NCBI GenBank assembly: GCA_045638125.1
Contig: JAZUAS010000085.1
Coordinates: forward strand, 1 to 38,782
Length of the DNA stretch: 38,782 nucleotides
Origin: Eubacteriales bacterium
Lineage (GTDB): Bacteria; Bacillota; Clostridia; Oscillospirales; CAG-272
Direction: 5' to 3'
The notes below the pieces were generated by a model that made no database searches, was not told the DNA's origin, and saw nothing but the letters and a program-made list of their open reading frames with translations. Both the position numbers and the translations under genes were made by a program. Below, piece after piece: positions 18,721 to 25,664 of this stretch. Position 1 is the stretch's first letter. Each line of letters opens with the position of its first letter.

Positions 18721-18978
18721 TTACAATACATAATCAATGCTGAAATAGTTGAAATGGCTTTTGAATGAATACTTATCGTCAAATTCAAAATCCACCAATT
18801 CATTTATTGTTCCTGTGAACAGTATTTTGCTTGTATTTGATTCACATTGGTAAAGCTTGTATAATGTAGATATTTTACAATTATCCCAATCTGGTTGTAG
18901 GAAAAAATGTTTTTCATTTAAATGAAATTCGATTTCTCTGTGGCTTTCTAAATTCTCCAAAAAATCATCTAATTTCAT
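18721..18978 (-). CDS. Putative immunity protein for the upstream Rhs toxin
   Basis: 85 aa acidic/aromatic protein (REIEFHLN) directly downstream of the Rhs-CT; RBS not clear. Confidence 0.65.
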   Translation of the reverse strand: MKLDDFLENLESHREIEFHLNEKHFFLQPDWDNCKISTLYKLYQCESNTSKILFTGTINELVDFEFDDKYSFKSHFNYFSIDYVL

Positions 18979-19029
18979 AATTGTATTACTGTGACTAATT
19001 ACAACAGTATGCCTCCATTTCTAATGTTG

Positions 19030-20184
19030 TCAATCAAAATTTATTGGTTCAGATCTAATAGGTTTGTTAGGATTGCTCCAATCCCAAGTGTGTTTGTGAG
19101 GAAATTTGTGTGTATTATCACTATTAGGATGCCGGTAATCTATATCATATTCGGCCTTCCCATCCGGACCATAATGTCTAGTTTGTTTTTTGCCGTTTTC
19201 ATCGTGTAAATCTTGATCGGAATTTGGTTCTCCATCCGTAGGTAACTTATGGCCCTCTTTTGATTTGTCCTTGTTTGAATCAATATTATTTGTTTCGTCA
19301 AAAGTCAAAGTAGGGAGATCAGGAATAGACATAGTGGATGCTGTTTCTATAGCAAGTATCAGCAATATCCCACCATAAATTATATCACCTATTGGCAGAA
19401 CGGTATCGGCACAACAAAGCCACCACATAGTGCCAGCCCACCAACCAATAGTTTCTGCGTTTTCGCCAAAAGAGTCCGTGTATATAATAGGATTATTATT
19501 ACAATAAATATATAAATTTTGGGAAATCAGTCCTTGATTGGTAGAAACATATCTATCGGCATTAATGAATCTACCAGTATTAGGGTCATAATATCTACTG
19601 TTAAGATAATAGAATCCAAGGTCGTCGTCGTAATAATATCCTCGATAACGGAAAGGATTATACTGCGCCGCAGTGGAACCTCCACCGTTGTAATAAGTGG
19701 TAGTGCAATTACCCCAAGCATCATATGTGTAGCCGACAAGCTTAGTGCCACTTGCATTGTAGATGGCAATTATATCACCTTGGAGATTCTTTTCAAAGTA
19801 GAAAATATCGTAGGTATCTTCGGCATAGCTATTTGTGCGATATAGCATTCCCATAGGAGCGCCGACCTCGTCATAGAGGTAAATTATTAATTTATTACTC
19901 CACTGTTCGCTAACTATGCGAGTGCCTTCTAGTGTGTAATTGTGCTTAACGCCGCCGACGGTCTTACTTGTCCTTATACCTTCATCATTGTAAGTGAACG
20001 AATAACTAACGCCGCCCTTCGTTGCGGTAGCGAGTCTTCTGCCATCTTTCCAAGTGAATGTATATGCCGTGCCGTTGTTGTAAGAGAGGGGGGAATTAGG
20101 CTTGTCCGCCCCCACGGCTTGTGCCGTGGGGACACTGAAACACAAATTAAAATTGTGAAATATCGCAAAACATTTTAAATACAT
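19030..20184 (-). pseudogene. Headless Rhs repeat-associated core + C-terminal His-rich putative nuclease toxin (cassette 3)
   Basis: YTYDAWG, NPFRYRGYYYD, YYLNSRYYDP..GRFINAD and cleavage-type motif NPIIYTDSFG; CT contains RHYGPDGKAEYDIDYRH...PHKHTW. Rhs homology starts near 20095; the first ~30 codons are junction sequence. Confidence 0.85.
20104..20135. repeat. Cassette-junction hairpin A (REP-like)
   Basis: GTCCGC-CCCCACGGC-TTGT-GCCGTGGGG-ACAC; related to 23312-23347. Confidence 0.7.
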
Positions 20185-20191
20185 TTAGGAA

Positions 20192-20518
20192 CTATAAGGA
20201 TAAAATTAATTCTTCAAAATCACAATATGGCATTGTTTCTTTGAATTTATATCTAGGATCATCCGTTTGTAATCCCAATACGGTGATGTAATTTTTACAC
20301 CTAACGCATAATAGATAATAATCTCCATCCATAAAAAACAAAGTAAACGTTGCAAAAACATCCTTTTGGTTTTTTAAAACTTCATATTTCCAACCGGATA
20401 ATATATCTGAGATAAAATCATCCCAATCTTCGCTTGGGAATTTGCATTCACCCGAAATAACGTATATTAATCCATAATTTCGAACGTCTGATTTTGATAG
20501 ATCATAATATACTTTCAT
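20192..20518 (-). CDS. Putative immunity protein for cassette 2 toxin
   Basis: 108 aa; RBS AAGGAG; 19 bp after the toxin stop; FP..DW.DF...IL..W...FFMDG.Y pattern. Confidence 0.75.
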   Translation of the reverse strand: MKVYYDLSKSDVRNYGLIYVISGECKFPSEDWDDFISDILSGWKYEVLKNQKDVFATFTLFFMDGDYYLLCVRCKNYITVLGLQTDDPRYKFKETMPYCDFEELILSL

Positions 20519-20537
20519 AACGAAAATTCTCCTTACA

Positions 20538-21836
20538 TTATTTGGGAAATGCAGTTGTAATTGTTTTTTTTACGGTGTCTACCCAAATCCTAATTCTATT
20601 ATTACTTGAAAAACCTTCTATATAATATCTTATTCCTTCTTGAACTTTAAGTACCGAATCGGGATAATTTGTTCTAGCATTTTCATAGGCTTCACGAACA
20701 ATTTTTTCAATTACAATAGGAGTCATCCATTTTGGAAATTTATCTTTTTTAGGCGATTTGCCTGAGCTTGGATGATGCCTATCCATTATATGATCAATAT
20801 CAACTTTAATATCCTGCTCCTCTGGCAAAGGATTATCTTGTGATTCATCAAATAACACATTCCATATTATGCTAGCTTGCTGCTCGATGCCAACAAAAAT
20901 ATCACTGGTTGAATTAATTATTTCATTTGCCAGTGTATCGTTACTAGTACCTGCAACTCCAACAATCACTGCGACAACAATAATTCCAACAACTACAATT
21001 ATTTCATCAATAGGTCCCGTTACTAAATCATCTATAATAAACAACTGCCCTGTTGGATCGATATATGCAACAGGTGAATTGACACAATATGCGTACATAT
21101 TATAGCCTAATATGTGTTGATATAAGCTATCATCCGCATTAATGAACCTACCCGTATATGGATCGTAGTAACGGCTATTGAGATAGTAAAAATTGAGTTC
21201 AGAATCGAAATAGTAACCTCTGTAACGGAAAGGGTTATACTGTGCCGCAGTGGAGCCGCCACCGTTATAATAAGTGGTAGTGCAATTACCCCAAGCGTCA
21301 TATGTGTAGCCGACAAGCTTAGTGCCACTTGCATTATAAATTGCAATTATATCACCTTGGAGATTCTTTTCAAAGTAGAAAATATCGTAGGTGTCTGCGG
21401 CATAGCTATTCGTGCGGTATAGCATTCCAATGGGTGATCCAGCCTCATCATAGATGTAAATTATTAAGTTGTTGCCCCATTGTTCACTTATTATGCAAGT
21501 GCCTTCAAGGGTATATGTGTGCTTTACTCCGTCAACTGTCTTGCTTGTTCGTATTCCCTCATCGTTGTAGGTGAAGGAGTAATGGTAACCGTCCTGTGTC
21601 TCCGCTGTCGCAAGCCTTCTTCCGTCTGTCCAAGTAAAGATGTAGTTGTTTCCGCTAAAATAGATTATAGGATTTCCTATTGCATCATAATTGATCGTAC
21701 CTGCGCCGGTATTTGTTAATATGTCTCCCCAAGTACTGTCTCCGTATGTATAGTTGGTAGTCGAAGATGCAGTTCCAAGATTTCCGGTGGTATATGCATA
21801 GGTCTTTTTGCTCGTTCTGTTACCGTTGTTGTCGTA
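20538..21836 (-). pseudogene. Headless Rhs core + C-terminal EndoU-like RNase toxin (cassette 2)
   Basis: Rhs homology begins abruptly at YDNNGNR (21836); YDAIGNP, NPFRYRGYY and SPVAYIDPTG; CT has HIMDRHH...KDKFP...EAYEN...ITTAFP. Confidence 0.85.
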
Positions 21837-22079
21837 CCTTCCAACTTTCCTCTCTAAAAGGCAATTTTGTAACCGTACGATTAGAAAATCGTTGAAACCC
21901 TGCTGTAAGGGGAATGGAACTGTTATGTACCAGTAAGCATCGCGTTTGGTCACCCAAACACAGACTTGTCAGGAATATTCCTGAAACCTTTTAGGGCTTT
22001 GGATTATCCCAACAAACTGCCTTTTGTCCCCAAAAGGCGATGCTTGCTGGTATGATCTCTTTATTCTTCAGGATTGACT
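21837..22079 (-). mobile_element. Structured non-coding element, candidate transposase-less IS110-family left end (bridge/seek-RNA-like)
   Basis: 16-bp outer inverted repeat 21928-21943/22037-22052 (15/16) encloses several hairpins; a second stem with an internal loop spans ~21838-21920; ends in RBS-like GGAAGG fused directly to Rhs codons. Confidence 0.45.
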
Positions 22080-22469
22080 TTACTGTTTATGCAGAAGCAA
22101 ACACAAGTTACTTTCCCAAACCTCATCCCTACTCTTTTTTGCTTTTTCAATGCAAACATTTATTGCATTACAGATAGAATTATTATCTGTGTATTTTTGC
22201 AACCTATTTAAGATGCATAAAGCCCCCGGCCAATTCATATCTTGCAACCATTCTAACAATTCAACTAAATAAGGCTTAAGATTTTCATCGCTTTTCTCTG
22301 ATATGATTACAGCACAATTTTCCCATACATTTTTATTATGCTTTGGTGTTAACGGTTGTATAAATGGAATAATTGTTTCCGTATTTCTTGCTAAGGATAT
22401 TCCTTTGGATTGAATTTCAGAGGGCATCTGCCAATCGAGCATATCCATAATTTCTGTAATATCTACCAT
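22080..22469 (-). CDS. DUF5071-domain protein, putative immunity protein for cassette 1
   Basis: Start MVDITE at 22469 (RBS GGAGGT); WENCA..I....DE.L.PYL..LLEWLQDMNWPGA motif; 2 bp after the toxin stop. Confidence 0.78.
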   Translation of the reverse strand: MVDITEIMDMLDWQMPSEIQSKGISLARNTETIIPFIQPLTPKHNKNVWENCAVIISEKSDENLKPYLVELLEWLQDMNWPGALCILNRLQKYTDNNSICNAINVCIEKAKKSRDEVWESNLCLLLHKQ

Positions 22470-22471
22470 TT

Positions 22472-23326
22472 TTAATGACCTCCATCCCATTTAATGACAA
22501 CCGATTTAACCGCTTGTGTCCAAATCGAATCGGAACCTGCATTTATCCAGTCTTCCATTGTTGCACCTACTGGTCTTACACTCACATGGGTAGGACCGTC
22601 TTGAACAGCATAAACCACACCTGTCGCATTAAGCGCTTCAATTGTTGTCACTGCCGCACCAGGCATTGGAACAGTAGAGAAAGACAGACCGGAATACTTA
22701 TCCTTTGCTTTCGGTGTTAAATTTCCTGGATTCGTTCCACCATAGCGATATATTACTGTTGATGACGGCGGAGTTGTAGGTATTGCTTCCGATTTTTCTT
22801 CAGCCTTTGGTATTGATATAGAGGGAGCTGGTGCAGTTATAGCGGTATATGTTGCAATTCCTGCGCAAACCAACACACCACCCAGCAACAGAACCCCTGA
22901 TACTACATCCGCCAGACCCGGTGCAGGAGTGTCTACCTGTGAAACTCCTGCTGCAACCGCAAAGTAACCACTGGCTTTCAGAATTGTTTGTGTAAATGCA
23001 TCCCATAATTCTTTCCAAAAATTTCCCGTAGGATCAATTCTGTTAACCGGATTATTTCCACAGTAGACGAACATATTGTTTCCGATTAATCCCTGACCTG
23101 TTGATGTATATCCATCCGCATTAATAAATCTACCCGTATTAGAATCATAATATCTATTATTAAGATAATACAGGCCAAGGTCAGCATCATAGTAGTAACC
23201 GCGGTAACGGAAAGGGTTATACTGTGCCGCGCCTACGTTTGTAACGTGATTTGTGACAACATGAGCTCCCCAAGCATCATAGGTTATTGCTGTTCCGTTG
23301 AAATCAAATCCGTACGCCCCGACGGC
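22472..23326 (-). pseudogene. Headless Rhs core + C-terminal Tse2/ADP-ribosyltransferase-like toxin (cassette 1)
   Basis: The frame is open from 23326 (TYDAWG, NPFRYRGYYYD, YYLNSRYYD, GRFINAD, NNPVNRIDPTG); the ORF track only starts at internal Met 23074. CT has IYRYGG..NLTP..D..GLSF...DGPTHVSVRP. Confidence 0.85.
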
Positions 23327-23347
23327 TCATAGAGCCGTCGGGAAAAC
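23312..23347. repeat. Cassette-junction hairpin B (REP-like)
   Basis: GTACGC-CCCGACGGCTC-ATA-GAGCCGTCGGG-AAAAC; related to 20104-20135. Confidence 0.7.
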
Positions 23348-23358
23348 TTCTTGGACTC

Positions 23359-23844
23359 TTATTCAAGTATAATTTGTGAACCATCATGTAATGTAATTCT
23401 GCACAAATTGGAACTATATTCTATTGATTCAATAGAATCTGACAGGTTTCTAAATTTCCATTCGCAGTTTTGAGGCAAAAATTCAATTATTTCTGCTTCA
23501 CAAATAATGTAAATATGGTTTGATATGCATATTATGTCGGTGCAAATTGTGTGAAGTGGTTTTTTATCAACTATACTTCCGCTGACGCAATCGATCACAT
23601 AACAATTATCTGTAAGTCCAAACAAACTATAATGTTCATCCAACAACGTTAAAAATGGTATTTGATGTAACCCTACATCGGTTTGATTAAATAAAAGTTT
23701 AATTCCTGTTTCAATTTCTTCTGCAATAAAATGCTGGACAGGATAATATTCTGCATCATTAATGATTGGAATTTCATCACAAATTGAAAGATAATTTTCA
23801 TGTGTTATTTCAGCTATTTTCCAATTGTTCGCTCTAATCCTCAT
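23359..23844 (-). CDS. Hypothetical protein, probable orphan immunity protein (beta-rich)
   Basis: 161 aa; RBS AAGGAGG; AT-rich; located in the toxin/immunity island. Confidence 0.7.
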   Translation of the reverse strand: MRIRANNWKIAEITHENYLSICDEIPIINDAEYYPVQHFIAEEIETGIKLLFNQTDVGLHQIPFLTLLDEHYSLFGLTDNCYVIDCVSGSIVDKKPLHTICTDIICISNHIYIICEAEIIEFLPQNCEWKFRNLSDSIESIEYSSNLCRITLHDGSQIILE

Positions 23845-23947
23845 TTTATCTGCCTCCTTTAATGATAACCGTGGCTAATAGACCATCTCTCCAAATCGTG
23901 GTCATCATTCGCACACCACAGGGGCTTTTTCTACAAAATTGAAAATA

Positions 23948-24499
23948 TTATTCGGTTCTTTCAATAGTTACATCGATCTCTGCACTTTCTCCGATAAATT
24001 TCACGTAATAGCACTTCTCATTTTCTGCAAAAAAAGTTAGTTCATATTCTTGATCGATTGGTATGTCATATAAAATATTACATTCCTCGTCTGTAATAAC
24101 CATTCTGAAATTTCCGCTTTTTATAGAAGACATAAACTTATAGGTTACATTTTTATCGACACCCTTGTATGCGTTACATACATAAATACCGGTAAGCATG
24201 CCTGTCTTGGTTTTGATGTATGAACGATCGCAGTCTTCAAATTTACCCGATATTCTAACCTCGTTATCTTTTTTTGAGGATACGTTTCGCCTTATTATAC
24301 GATAATCTTCAAAATGCTTTTTAATTAATTCATCGGTGATATATACCGGCGTTTTATCGTCTCCGTTTGTGTCTTCAACTTGCATTGACAATTCATATTG
24401 GTGACGTGAAATCCATGCAAATGTTATTCCCAATATTGTTATTACGGTTAATACTGATAAGATTGTTATAATTATTATTTTTTTAATTTTTAATCCCAT
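23948..24499 (-). CDS. Membrane-anchored hypothetical protein with predicted extracellular beta-sandwich
   Basis: 183 aa; N-terminal basic + hydrophobic helix; RBS AGGAGG upstream. Confidence 0.75.
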   Translation of the reverse strand: MGLKIKKIIIITILSVLTVITILGITFAWISRHQYELSMQVEDTNGDDKTPVYITDELIKKHFEDYRIIRRNVSSKKDNEVRISGKFEDCDRSYIKTKTGMLTGIYVCNAYKGVDKNVTYKFMSSIKSGNFRMVITDEECNILYDIPIDQEYELTFFAENEKCYYVKFIGESAEIDVTIERTE

Positions 24500-24542
24500 T
24501 CTATAAAAAACTTCCTCCTATGCCGTATGAAAAAGCAACAGC

Positions 24543-25070
24543 TTACATACCTGCATTCATATAGTACTCATATCCAATTGACCAAAGGCACATGAGTATT
24601 ATCAAAAGCATAAATCCTGCTGAAGCTATGCCATACCATTTACTGGCTCTGTCCAAGTCTTCGTCTTCTTGCGTTATTTCGTTGGGATCGTCCGGATTAT
24701 AGAGCAAATTGAAATCATCTCCGACCCTGTAACTAAAAGAGCTTCTTCCAATGTCGTAGGTGTTTATATACGTCTTCCCGTTAACAACATATTTCACGAC
24801 AGGAAAATATGAGTGATTAATGGTTTTTGTGATAGCTTTTTCTACACGTATTATTTTGCCGCAAGCGTATTCTGTGCATCTTTTTAATTTTTCTTTATTG
24901 GAGAGACGTAAAGACGCAAACCCGAAACCCGCGGAAAATAGTAAGAACAAAAAGCTAAAAACAGGTGTCCACCCTATAACAGTCGTAATGACAAGAGCTA
25001 TAGCGGATACGGCATATACGATAATAAAAACAATGTATTTTGTGCTAATTTTCATTTTGGGTTTTTCCAT
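24543..25070 (-). CDS. DUF3592-like membrane protein
   Basis: Start MEKPK at 25070 (RBS GAGGTG); two TMs, G.I..V...YFPVVKY.VNG..Y...VGD...LYNPDDP, final TM. Confidence 0.75.
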   Translation of the reverse strand: MEKPKMKISTKYIVFIIVYAVSAIALVITTVIGWTPVFSFLFLLFSAGFGFASLRLSNKEKLKRCTEYACGKIIRVEKAITKTINHSYFPVVKYVVNGKTYINTYDIGRSSFSYRVGDDFNLLYNPDDPNEITQEDEDLDRASKWYGIASAGFMLLIILMCLWSIGYEYYMNAGM

Positions 25071-25435
25071 ATTATCACCTCTGTTTCTGACCAAATATCT
25101 CCAAGCCGTTTTTTGCCGCGCCAAAACATAATAAATTCGATAGGGAATCCCCACACTAGTGGCACATTTCTTAAGATTAATCTACCTATACTAGTTACAT
25201 CGCTATTGGACGTGGACACAACACGAAGCCTAAATATTTTTTTGCCGATACTGGCATTTTTGAAAACTATGTCTTTGCCAAGCACTAGTATCACAATTAA
25301 GAAAACAGTGATGTAACTTTTTATGGTTGGCTGAAGCACTGTCATTTGCAATAATTCCAAAACAATCGCACCCACAAAAGCAATAAGAGTCCAATCTATA
25401 AATGCAGCAAAAAATCGTCTTGTTGTTAATTTCAT
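25052..25435 (-). CDS. RDD family membrane protein
   Basis: RRFFAAFID, SIGKKIFRLRVV, RLILRN and RLGDIWSETEVI; RBS GAGGT. Confidence 0.85.
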   Translation of the reverse strand: MKLTTRRFFAAFIDWTLIAFVGAIVLELLQMTVLQPTIKSYITVFLIVILVLGKDIVFKNASIGKKIFRLRVVSTSNSDVTSIGRLILRNVPLVWGFPIEFIMFWRGKKRLGDIWSETEVIIWKNPK

Positions 25436-25505
25436 ATAGTATTACCTCATGATGATATTATTCTGCCAATCGATCTACACATTCAAGTATACTACCACTA
25501 TGATA

Positions 25506-25534
25506 ATTATACCATACGTTTACATTTATGTCAA
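25506..25534 (-). promoter_or_regulatory. sigma-A promoter reading into the Rhs/immunity island
   Basis: Minus strand perfect TTGACA-N17-TATAAT with extended -10 TG. Confidence 0.85.
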
Positions 25535-25578
25535 CATATACGCTCCCGACCGACGCCGGGGCTTTTTTCAAAATATTG

Positions 25579-25607
25579 TTGATTTTTAATTTTATATATG
25601 TTATACT
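25579..25607 (+). promoter_or_regulatory. sigma-A promoter for trkA-trkH
   Basis: TTGATT-N17-TATACT with extended -10 TG. Confidence 0.6.
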
Positions 25608-25664
25608 ATACTTGTCAAATTCTGCAAAGAAGAGGTTGCCTGCAAAAGCAGGCTGAATAATGCT

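Noticed and set aside
21837-21953. N-terminal extensions of the Rhs ORFs in the ORF track (21953 and 20184 starts)
   Set aside because: These residues are read-through of structured junction DNA, with no Rhs similarity and no convincing RBS.
22003-22012. 9/10 match of a loop in the IS110-like element (ATTATCCCAA) to the Rhs AWGN codons (ATTACCCCAA at 19708 and 21285) as a guide-target pair
   Set aside because: A 9/10 match between a ~240-bp element and ~3 kb of Rhs DNA is expected many times by chance. It is meaningless unless guide positions are first defined by covariance analysis.
20104-23347. Junction hairpins as integron attC sites
   Set aside because: There are no RYYYAAC/GTTRRRY core boxes, the stems are too short, and no tyrosine integrase is in the window.
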